Shown here in pieces: positions 48,642 to 59,112 of a stretch of 64,000 nucleotides of DNA. The position numbers and the translations under genes are program-made. Numbering within the stretch: the stretch's first letter is position 1; each line of letters starts with the position of its first letter. The stretch is from Rhynchopus sp. YZ270_cl-10 (Eukaryota). The stretch is taken from assembly GCA_964035575.1 (NCBI GenBank), contig OZ037847.1, forward strand, positions 806,001 to 870,000, read 5' to 3'. The notes beneath the pieces are model-generated. The model did no database searches. It had not been told where the DNA came from and was given only the letters and a program-made list of their open reading frames with translations.

Positions 48642-49652
48642 TCATTCTGCACTGTCTTCGTCTTGCGCAGGCTTCGTTTTCCTCTTCTTCTTCTTCCCGT
48701 GTTTGCCATGATGGGGGTTGTCGATTTGGAGCCATTTCGTCATGGCCCACTTCACACCATCAACAGGGGGACATCCTGCGTGTGCAGAGGACGGGTCAAC
48801 AGAGCCATCTGGGTTCATGTCGTAAAACAGCACAGCCGCCCCCCTCACTGGACGTGCGCGCAGACCTGTGACACATTCAAATCCCCGCTTCCTCCCGTTC
48901 GCCATTGGCCAAGACGTCCATGCTCCTTTCGCAGGTGGGTCCAGGTCTTCCAACCACGTAAAGAACGTGGCAGCCCGAGGGATCTCCTCGTTGGTATCAA
49001 GGTGCTTGTGGTAGTACTGCCCTTCCTGGTAACGCAGGACATACAGCCGTTCTGCAATGTCACCTCTGAACCCAGTCACCTGCGTTATTCTCTTTTCCAG
49101 CATCTTCACAAATGGTATTTTGCGGGGTAGCCTGTACCCGTCGCTGGTCCGTCCCTGCTTGCCTCCTGGGATCCGTTTCTTGCCGACACCGGAAGGTGCC
49201 ATATGCTTCTCGGACATTTCGATGACAGTTTTCGCTTCCTCATCAGAAAGGAATGTGGGGAAGTACTCTATGCGTGGGGAGTGCGAGATTGTGATGGATT
49301 TTATCCCCATTTCGTGCGAGATCTTGGGCACAGAAAAGTTCACCACCACCGGCGCTGTCTTGTCATAAGACGGATGCACCTCACGCTTGAGGTCGTAGTC
49401 TGCTTGGAGGGGTGGCCATAGTCCCTTCTTTTTTAACTCTGCTAACCTTTCTTCGGAATAGCTGCTCTCGAGTGCTCGAAGCAAACGCCCTGGAAGTGCA
49501 ATAGGATGGAACTGGAGGTGCGGTTTGTGGCTCTGATCGGGATGCACTGTCCTGGACTGGGAATCGTTGTAGATGAGCAGCAGAGTAGTGCAGAGTGTCG
49601 CCCATGCAATCAACTGCGTCACCACTGAACGAGTTCTTTCCTTCATACCCAT
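48642..49652 (-). CDS. Prolyl 4-hydroxylase (type II membrane, plant/algal P4H-like)
   Basis: N-terminal TM; SHSPRIEYFPTFLSDEE, RTS, VLRYQEGQYYHKHLD, RAATFFTWL, GAAVLFY, HAGCPPVDGVKWAMTKW. Confidence 0.92.
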   Translation of the reverse strand: MGMKERTRSVVTQLIAWATLCTTLLLIYNDSQSRTVHPDQSHKPHLQFHPIALPGRLLRALESSYSEERLAELKKKGLWPPLQADYDLKREVHPSYDKTAPVVVNFSVPKISHEMGIKSITISHSPRIEYFPTFLSDEEAKTVIEMSEKHMAPSGVGKKRIPGGKQGRTSDGYRLPRKIPFVKMLEKRITQVTGFRGDIAERLYVLRYQEGQYYHKHLDTNEEIPRAATFFTWLEDLDPPAKGAWTSWPMANGRKRGFECVTGLRARPVRGAAVLFYDMNPDGSVDPSSAHAGCPPVDGVKWAMTKWLQIDNPHHGKHGKKKKRKTKPAQDEDSAE

Positions 49653-49886
49653 TATGCCATGACCAACCAGGCCCGCCCCACCTGTCCTGGTAGATGAATA
49701 TGAAAAGACAAATTACTGTTAAATCATCTGTTAACAGTCAACAATCTGGGAACCAATAAAAACACACACACAAATACTGCACTTCTTTGCAAGCCATTGT
49801 TGGCGTTGCATGGTTAGAACGATGAAAAGAGAAGAGAGGGGGCGGGGGAGGTGCCATAGGTAGGTGCCATAGGTAGGGCGGCTGCT

Positions 49887-51992
49887 TCACGGATCAGAGA
49901 TGTCAAATATGGAGTTCATCGCCAGGAAAAAGAACAACAGACCTGTGGGTTTTTTTTTGTAATTGATAAGACACAGACCTACGTCAAGTAGGTTGCATTA
50001 CTGTACTAACCCGGAACTGTGGTATTGTTGAAATGTGTACATTGTTTCAGACACCACGTCCAAGGTGCGGTCTTTTAGCCGGATAACAGCGGGATAGCAG
50101 CGGGATAATAGCAATTTTTGAGCGACTTAAATTTTGGCCGGAAGCCGAAACTTTGAAATTTAGGAGTGGATAATAGGTCCACCCCCCTTTATAGGGGGGT
50201 TTTTACCTGTGCTTGAACTACAGTGGTACCAGGATTGGTTTATACATGTCCAACCTAAACATACCTGCAACGAAGTGCTGTTTCAATGCAGTTCTGTTAC
50301 GAAGCAGTAATGTGCTATGCGATATCACACAAGCGATAGAAGTGCAGTACAACTGAGGAAAATGATTAAGATAGTATTTTCAATCGAAAGATGGAGTTTT
50401 GACCACCAGCGTCTGAGGATAATGAAAAATAAAGGTCGGTAAGATGATATCAAGCCTCGTCAGGATTGTCACCATTAAATAATGAATGAGAAGCCACGCT
50501 GCCACGGCAGCCCAAAGTCATGAGGAAAAAACATAACTTTTCCTCTATCTCCGGTTGTATACCTGGGCAATCAGAGCACCGTGCATGACTGCATGGAACT
50601 CTACAGTGCATGTCAATGCAATGATACCAATCTGGGACGACCCACCCCATTCCGCAACCAGCACTGTCATAAACGACTGGTACACACTCAAAGGACCATC
50701 AGCAGCTCCTGCATCCTCTTCCTGTGCATTTATCAATGTTGTGGTGATTGCTATTGTCAGAGATATTTCCGTATGTGGTAATGTATTTTGGGAACTGTGG
50801 GACACCTGGTGTTTTCCCCCCCTGGTACCCGTGTTAAGTGCAGTGACAGCAAAATTTGCCTCCTGTTCACACATCCCCAATATCGCCATACCGTCTGCTT
50901 TTCTTCGCAGTCAATGTAAGCCATGAGATATTCCTCTCGCCGGTCCTCCTGCTCCCTTCCAGCCACACTGTAACTCTTGTGCACCTGCACCAACCCAGCA
51001 AGAGTGCAAGCGATGGCAGCAAACACTTTGTAGATGACTGGAACAAACAGGTTTGAGTCGGGAAGTATATGACCCAACAGCGCAGAGACCCCTGCAATAA
51101 AAAACTGTGCTGCTAATGCTCCAATAAAGATGGAAGTGGTAGCCCTGGGGTGGATCGAGCACAGAACGCTTGCTGTGCAGAACGCATAGTTCCCCATTCC
51201 AGTCGCAATCACAACAACTGTCGCAACAATGACAGATTCGGGAACCCCACATTTGATCACTGGTTGTGCTGGAGCGACAGCGCCCGCCTCAACAACGACA
51301 GATGTGGCGGCCGCCTTCTCAGTAAGCTTAAAGACTTGATTCGCAAAGGGCCCCCCGCACATTGCAGCCTCGTCTCCTGCACATGGCTTCGTACATTTAG
51401 TGCTCTCGCCATAAGTTTTCCCGACATCGCTACCACAAAAACACTGGTTACTATCTTGAAGAGCCATGTACGGTTTGGCTTGCTTCTGACAATGCTCTGC
51501 ACACATCATGTAGGTCATAGAGCTGTCCTCGAAGAGTGAATCCTTGTCAAACGCTCGCCCGGGGCTTTTGTCTTTGAAGCAGCCGATGGCGGTCCATGAT
51601 ACTTGGTCAGCCTTTACAACTCCTTCGCGGGTGTCTGTGGCACTCGCGGTGGTGGAGTAGACTGCGAGCTCTCGAGCACCCCCACATTTTCCCTTGTTGT
51701 CGGGGGTGGCCCCGTTGTGGCACGTCTTGTCGCAGTTGTTACTGTTTCCGTGTTTCCCGTACGAATCCCCGCACCAGCATTCCGTCCCCGCCTTCAACCC
51801 GAAGTACTTGTAAGGCCCGCTCGCCATCACACCGCAATGTGTCTCACAGAACTTCAAACTCATCCCATCGGGTAGGACCTTGGTTTCTGCGATAAACTCT
51901 GGGTCCGCCGAATCATCGAAATAGCATCCCACAAAAACACTCTCAGCATACGCATACGAAACAACGGCAGCAAGAACAGCCACACATTTCAT
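49887..51992 (-). CDS. WSC-WSC-GDT1/UPF0016-like membrane protein, 4 exons (50892-51992, 50563-50721, 50265-50352, 49887-49942), 467 aa
   Basis: Signal peptide; two WSC domains (VGCYFD...C...C...YFGL..G.ECWCG; IGCFKD...QCFCG...CAGD...CGG). Three GT-AG introns extend the frame through FMTVLVAEWGGSSQIGIIAL, QLYCTSIACV and AGLLFFFLAMNSIF*, collinear with the GDT1/TMEM165 fold. Confidence 0.8.
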
Positions 51993-52556
51993 ATCTGTCT
52001 TCTGCTGTGCAAAGCGTGGGGGTAAAAGGGTGGTTGAGTGAACAAAAATGAACAGGGCTGTTTACATATGGTGCACCTCAAGCCCCAACAAGGTGTAAAA
52101 ATCTGTACGTTCTGATTGAATAGAGATTGCTCATCCGCAGTCGCAACAAGCGACACACAAGAGGGTTGGGATCATGGACGAGATGGGTGGGTCAGCAGAA
52201 TTGGAATACTGGAGTAGATCTGAGTAAAAAGTGGAGTAGGGGGCAGGAGGGTGTTTTGTCGTGTCGTTGGGTGGGGTGGGGAAGCGATCCGGCAAGAGGA
52301 AGAATTCCGGTACGCTGTTGTATTGTTTTGTTTTGAAAACTTGGTAGTATTAGTGTAGACACCCGAGAATGAACTCCACTATACAAAACGCTTTGTTTTG
52401 TCTTGTTTTTTTTGTTGTCGCAACTTTGTTCGTTCTCTAGTACATTATGGTGTTGCTTTTGTTGTCCTCGTGTGAACCTCCAGGGTGGTTCATTTATAAG
52501 AACACTTTTGTGACTGGGAATACACCGGACCACGAAACACCCGACAAGCGAGGTGT

Positions 52557-53529
52557 TCATTCATCGTCGTCGTCGTCGTCGTCGTCCTCTTCCTCTTCTT
52601 CACCATACTTCAACATTTCAGATTCGTACACAGTATGGAATCTGTGGGGAGAAAGGGGACATCACATAAATTTAACTAAGAAATGATTGTGGCGTACATA
52701 CGTTCATGTACACACAGGTAAGAGAGAGCGGGGAAAGGAGAAACTATACAATATCATCCGCCAACTGATCTTGATAACAATAAAAATAACATTGATTTTC
52801 GCTGAGCGCAGCCAAATAGGGGTAAAAATCTGTTTGGCGCAAGGTGAAGGGATTCAAGTGGAAATACTGTTATACAAGCTCTGGCCGTTGGCCTTATTTT
52901 TGTGTAGTTTCTTAATACACTACGCGTTAGGGGAAAAAAAAGGTAGGTGTGAACGACCGGCCAGGTGATCTGCTCAAAAATGTAACCACGTTTGTTTTGT
53001 TTGCCCCTTTTTATTTTCAAGAGAAAAGGCTGAAAAGCAACAGAAGTTGGCGACATACATCATAAGCCATGCAGTGGCGAACAGAGTTATCGATATTGTA
53101 ACAAAAACGCGATCTGTTGTTGGTTTAAAAAAATTGGGAAGAGTGAGTGACACAAGTTGGTAAACACCTCAGTGTAGTAATGGTTTGCGACTTGTGGCGC
53201 GCACGAATAAGCTTACTTCATATCGCCAAGAACTAATAAACAAATGCAAAAGAAAAAGAAAAGAAGGACAAAAAAAAAAAAGGGAGAGGAGCAAAAAATG
53301 ATCTAGGACAGTTTGGATTAGCAATCAATAACATACTGGATCCGATGTTCACACTGTTTGCTGCTTGAATTACATGCTGCACTTGCTCAGCTGGCTGTAG
53401 CACCTCCTCAATGTTTGCTTCACTATATGTGGCCCGTTTCTTTGGAATGAATTGGGCACTACTCCGCACTCGTCGGGCCTGCATTCCAACAGCCGGATAC
53501 TTCACGTTTGCTACATGTCTTAACAACAT
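52557..53529 (-). CDS. Probable micro-exon gene; mitochondrial-presequence-like start and acidic C-terminal tail (internal exons unresolved)
   Basis: Exon 53337-53529 (MLLRHVANVKYP...) ends at GTATGT; candidate 16-nt exon 53217-53232 (TAG...GTAAGC); last exon 52557-52641 after CAG encodes FHTVYESEMLKYGEEEEEDDDDDDDE*. Confidence 0.45.
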
Positions 53530-54876
53530 TACAAGGGGTGGAGAGTTGGGCGGCCGTGTACTGTGTGTTGAGCACACCCAATGCGAGGCGGAAATTGTGT
53601 ACTGTGAGTGTTGTGGATGATTCACCTTCTTGGGAGGAAAAAGGGGGCAAAGGGGGAGAATGGTGGCACCTGAAGATGCGCTTTTTAGGTCATGACATTG
53701 CTTAACACTATGTGTTAAGGTTGCTTCGTCACCACACACCTTCTCGCGAATAAGTTCGTAATTTTAAGCGAAAAATTTTGACATGTTGCGTACCGTGGCT
53801 TCGCCAGGGACCTTTGTTGTTATAAATGTACTGAGCTTACTGATAAGACAGGTGTGATATCCACTACGGCTTGTGAGTCACCAGTGGCTACAAAGCTACC
53901 AATGCTGCTTGTGTGTGGGACAGGCGGAGTTTCTTGGCTGACCGAGTTTTCAAAAATGACCAAAACCTGTATAAACCCCTGAGATCTTCTCCCTGTGATG
54001 TGCTACACCCGCGCTCGCGAAGCGCCCGCCGGCTCGGGGAGATCAGTTTTGATATTATTTTTTTTTACTTCGACAAAACTGTGGACAGACTTCGTCGATG
54101 GTTGAAGGCCCTGGTTGGCAAGAGAAACAGCTGCAAACCCTTTCAAAACCTCAATACAGTCTTTCACCATTTCCGTGTAAAACATCTCACCACAACAGTT
54201 CTTCTAGGTTCTATGGGGAGAGCACCAGATAACACAATATTTCCGAATCGCTAACGGTTGTGGGGAGGTAAACACGCTTGTGGGGTATCACAACCCGACG
54301 CGGGCCACGAACAGCGGTTCACACGTGCACATTTTAGTGCCACTAAACCCACTTTTTCGAATACAAAATGGTTATTTCCCGCCCTCCCGCCAAAGCCCGA
54401 GGGACCCCGGAGGAAGGTCAGGGGAGGCCGAGGGCCCGAAGGGCCCGAGGGCCCCCTGACCTTCCGACGGAGGTCGCGAGGGCGGCGGGAGGGCGGGATG
54501 TAGCTTTGTGACCCGACCAGGTGGCTTTCCGTGCCCGACCAACTTTGTGGTTTTTTGTGTATAAAACGTGTACATGGCCTAGCACGTATATGGCCACCAA
54601 ACATGGCAGACCCCCACACAAACGACTCTTGTGCACCAAATACGCGCGATTTGCCCCGGAAGGTCGCACATGGGACCAGTTCGGGCGTATTTCGACCTCT
54701 ACAACCGGTTTTCGCAGAGGAAAAAAATCCGGTTTTCAAGGGATCCCTTGAAAAATGGCGGGGTCCCTTGAAAAATTCCTTAACACTCAGTGTTAAGGTC
54801 TTTAAGGTTGCTGATCACCCCACCCTCCCCGCGCGGGGTGGGTTTCGGCCATTTTTTTTCAGGTCCCTAAACCGTC

Positions 54877-56782
54877 AAAGAGGTCAAAAAAGTGGATTCT
54901 TGGGAAGATAGGAGGTTTTTTTTAGGGTTTGCAAATGAGAAAGACCTCCAAACCCTGACAGACCCTGAAACCAGGGTGTCGCGAGTACCCCTTTTTTACA
55001 CGTGTTTCTTAAGGGTTCTTAAGGGTTCTACAGGCAAAACAGGCCTTTTGGCCAAAAACCCGGTTTTTCAGGCAGGTAACCGGGTTTCCGGCTTGGGAAA
55101 CGTGCCAGCGAGCTGTGAGAACCATGCGTGGGGGTTTGTAACCACTCGTTGCGTTGGTTGCGTTGCCTTCGTTGCGTACACATCGCTACGTACACACCGG
55201 TTACGTTGTGTTGCATGCGTTGCGTTCGTTACGTACAGAGCGCAACGAACAGAACGGTTGCGTTGCGTCGGTTGCATTCGTTCACATCGTTCCGATCTGA
55301 ACAGAACGATGTGAACGAAAGAAACGTATCGCATCGGTTGTGTTGGTTGGTTTGTGTGCGTTGCAAATCTTTCATACATCAACCACACCAGCCAGTGAGT
55401 GTTAAGCAAGGCTCTGATGAGGCCCAGGCCTCCCGGCCGGGAGGCCCGGCCTCCCAGGCCTCCCGGCCTCCCAAAAAAAAAATTTTTTTTCCGGTGACAT
55501 CTGCGGAACTTTTTTTTTTTTTTTCCTTAGGAAAAATTTTCGGGTACTTAGCAAAATTCGGCAAAAAAATATGGATTTTGCTTACGTCGCTACTGGACCG
55601 TCTGTGGTGGTTTTTTTTGGATTTTTTTTTTTGGATTTTTTTTTCCGAAATCGCCCGCTCCCAAAAAAAAATTTTTTTTTTTTTTTTGGTGAAAAATTTT
55701 GTGATGTCGAAAAAAAAAAATTTTTTTTGGGAGGCCGGGAGGCCTGGGAGGCCGGGCCTCCCGGCCGGGAGGCCTGGGCCTCATCAGAGCCTTGTGTTAA
55801 GGATTGCCAAAAAAAACTAAATTGGCGGGAGGGTACGGAAAGCCACCGGGAGCGTTACAATTCCTTAACACTCGGTGTTAAGGTCTTTAAGGTTGCTGAT
55901 CACCCCACCCACCCCTTAATACCCCCTCTAAGGCACCCCCCCGGTCCCCCCCCCGGGGTGGGTTTCGGCCATTTAGTTTTTTTTTGGCAATCCTTAACAC
56001 TCACTGGCTGGTGTGGTTGATGTATGAAAGGTTTGCAACGCACACAAACCAACACAAACGATGCGATACGTTTCTTGCGTTCACATCGTTCTGTTCAGAT
56101 CGGAACGATGTGAACGGAACGAATGAAACCGACGCAACGCAACGCATCGAACGTAACCAACCGAACACAACCAACGCAACGCAACCGTTCTGTACGTTGC
56201 GCTCTGGATATAACGATCTCTACATAACCAACGCAACGCATGCAACGCACCGTTACCGCTGTGTACGTTACGATCTGTATGCAACGAACGCAACGTAACG
56301 GATGCAACGTATGCAACGCAACGAAACCGATGTGTACGTAACGATCGGAACGCAACGAACGTTACGAACCAAACACAACCAACGCAACCGCTCTGTACGT
56401 TGCGCTCTGTACGTAACGATCTCTACACAACGAACGCAACGCATGCAACACAACGTAACCGGTGTGTACGTAGCGATGTGTACGCAACGAAGGCAACGCA
56501 ACCAACGCAACGAGTGGTTACAAACCCCCACGCATGGTTCTCACAGCTCGCTGGCACGTTTCCCAAGCCGCAAACCCGGTTACCTGCCTGAAAACCCGCG
56601 TTTTTGGCCAAAACGCCTGTTTTGCCTGTAGAACCCTGTAGAAGCCTTAAGAAACACGTGTAAAAAAGGGGTACTCGCGACACCCTGGTTTCAGGGTCTG
56701 TCAGGGTTTGGAGGTCTTTGCTTCAGAGAAAGTCTCCTAAAAACCTCCTATCTTCCCAAGAATCCACTTTTTTGACCTCTTT
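54877..56782. repeat. Long inverted repeat (foldback) with a CAACG-type minisatellite in the arms
   Basis: Left arm about 54877-55822 (interrupted by the MITE at 55407-55794) is the reverse complement of the right arm at about 55970-56782. The right arm has an expanded (G)CAAC(G) repeat tract. Confidence 0.9.
55407..55794. mobile_element. MITE, 388 bp, 66-bp TIRs, 7-bp TSD
   Basis: Perfect TIRs at 55407-55472 / 55729-55794 starting CAAGGCTCTGATGAGG; TGTTAAG duplicated (55400-55406, 55795-55801). The opposite palindrome arm (about 55985-56005) shows the empty site. Confidence 0.92.
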
Positions 56783-57257
56783 GGACGTTTGTTTCCCTAG
56801 GGAGGGTCAAAAAGACCCTCCCGCCAGCTACTTTACACGCCCGCCGGGAGGGTCAAACCCACCCGGCGGGAGGGTAAACCTGGCGGGAGGGTCCGGACCC
56901 TCCCGCCAGCTTTGTAACCCTCCAGAGGTCTCAAGGGATTCCCTTGAGAGCTAAGAGGATTCCCTTGAGAGCACCAAAAATTCCCGCGAGAGAATGTGCG
57001 TTTTGGTTACTGAAACCGGCCAAAAACTTTTTAAAACGGCCCACAACCTGGTTTCTGCGACTCGAAAAGCGTATTCGCATGCTTGTGGGCGTCCGTGGGC
57101 CACAAACGATGGTACCCATATGGGCCGAAAAACCTACGTGTTTGTACACAAAACACCACAAAAGCGCTTGTTTGCAGGCAGTTCGGGTAGAAAACGACCT
57201 CGTCGGGTCACAAAGCTACATCCCTCCCTCCCTGGCCCTCGGGCTGCCCTTTCGGGA

Positions 57258-59112
57258 CAAGGCTACCAATCCGACTTGAACCGACCCGGCCGGTTGGGTA
57301 TGGTTTTGGGTAGGGTGGCGGGTCGGTTTGGGTCGGTTTGGGTCGGTTTTTGGGTCGGTTTGGGTCGGTTTCAGACCCAAATTTTTTTTTTTCGACAACT
57401 ACTTTTTGGGCCAAAAAAAAAAAAAAATTTTTTTTTTTCCGGCCTGAGATTGGGTCCTGGGGCACCGAAAAATGCAAAAAAAGGCAAAATTTTGATGTTT
57501 TGACGATCTGGGGTTATACCATATGCACTGCTACAGGGGCCCACAATTTGGACTTTTCCTTAGCAAATTCCTTCACAAAAATTTTTTTTTTCGATTTTGG
57601 CAAAGGCAAATCTCAGGCAAAAAAAATTCACCCCTGATAGTGGGTCCTTGGGTGTCCAAAGATGCAAAAAACACCAAAATTTTGATGTTTTGACCATCTA
57701 GAATTTATTCCACGGCCATTTTGTGTGTATACTGTACGTTCAGTATGGCCAGCGCCTTAGCAAAAAATCAAAAAATCACAAAAAAAAAATTTTTTTTTTC
57801 GGGAAAATTTTGACCACTGAGGTGGGTCTTTGGGCACCAAAAAACGCAAAAAAATGCAAAAATCGGGTGTTTTGACCATCTGTGGTTACACAAAACACAC
57901 TTCTGTGTACAAGCCTACACCAATACAGTGGTTATACAAGGCGATTTTTGACCAAAAAAAAAATTTTTTTTTCGACCAAAATCGGGCGTGGTGCCCCATA
58001 AAATGACCCAAAAAATCCAATGAAAACCTTCGATTGGGCAAATCATGAAAAAAATTTTTAAGTCAAATTTTCAACCAAAATACGGTCATTTGTTCACACC
58101 CTGATTCTACGTCATGCTAGCTTCCTGTGCAGAACTCCAGCAATTCACCAATGCCGGCATCTATCTTTCCATCATCACCATTGGACTTCGTGTGTTACCA
58201 ACGTACTCCAGAAATGACGTGCTGTCACACTCCAACCAGAGTATCAAACCCGTACGAACATAACGAAGATGCACGAGCCAGTGCTACCAACGCGACAAGT
58301 CGCGCGCGACTCGCGACAAACCACCCGCGACAGCGCGACAAAATGAGTTGTCGCAAAAATCGAAAAATTTTTTTTTCCATTTTGAGACACTTTTTTTTTT
58401 TTTTTTGTTAGGAAAAATCGCGTTTTTTCCGGGTACTTAGCAAAATTTTGGTCAAAAAATGATGGCTTTTGCTTACGTCGCTACTGTACCGTCTGCGATG
58501 GTTTTTTCTGGATTTTTTTTTTTGGATTTTTTTTTCCAAAATCGCCCACACCCAAAAAAAAAAATTTGTTTTTTTTTTGGTGAAAATTTTTGTGATGTCG
58601 AAAAAAAAAATTTTTTTTGGGCGCGACAGCGCGACAAGTGGCACTTTGTCGCGCGACTAGAATCTCTTGTCGCGTTGGTAGCACTGCACGAGCCCACCCA
58701 AACGCAGAGGGTCTCGCCGAAGGCGGACCAGCTAGCCCAAGCCGGACGAGCGTGCCTCATAAAGCCCACCAGCTCCAGTCTGACGGGGAACTTCCAGCCT
58801 CTCAGCCCAGAGGAAGAACCTGGCCACCGGAGGGCCCTAACGGCCCGACGAGTAGGCGCCCCATAGGGCGCTGGGGCCAAGGGACTTAAGTCGCCCTAAC
58901 GGCGACTTAAACGTCCCGAGGCCACAGCGACCGTGAAAGGGGCTAGCTTTCGATGGCGAAAATTTCGCTAAGTACCCGAAAAATCCCTAAGGAAAAAGTT
59001 GGAAAAAAAGTGTCTCAAAATTGACATCTATTTTTTGACCTTTTTTGCTGGGTAGGTTTGGGTCGGCCGACCCGACCCTACTGAGTCGGTTTAAGTCGGA
59101 TTGGTAGCCTTG
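57258..59112. mobile_element. Non-autonomous TIR element (about 1.85 kb) whose right end is amplified in the satellite
   Basis: 28-bp TIRs with 1 mismatch, CAAGGCTACCAATCCGACTT[G/A]AACCGAC (57258-57285; 59085-59112); subterminal GGGTCGGTTT repeats; three diverged ~185-bp internal repeats (about 57452, 57642, 57824). No TSD matched. Confidence 0.7.
58279..58686. mobile_element. MITE, 408 bp, 21-bp TIRs, 7-bp TSD
   Basis: TIRs CAGTGCTACCAACGCGACAAG / CTTGTCGCGTTGGTAGCACTG; CACGAGC at 58272-58278 and 58687-58693; subterminal CGCGAC repeats. Confidence 0.92.

Noticed and set aside
10616..51900. Many plus-strand ORFs (e.g. 10616-11254, 37269-37934, 45402-46097)
   Set aside because: Antisense shadows of well-supported minus-strand genes, with no recognisable motifs.
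54251..57637. ORFs within the foldback/TE block
   Set aside because: Open frames arise from CAACG, GC-rich and poly-A/T repeats.
58127..58889. 116-codon frame restored by removing the MITE at 58279-58686
   Set aside because: Short, no ATG at its start, Pro/Ser-rich and with no transposase motifs.
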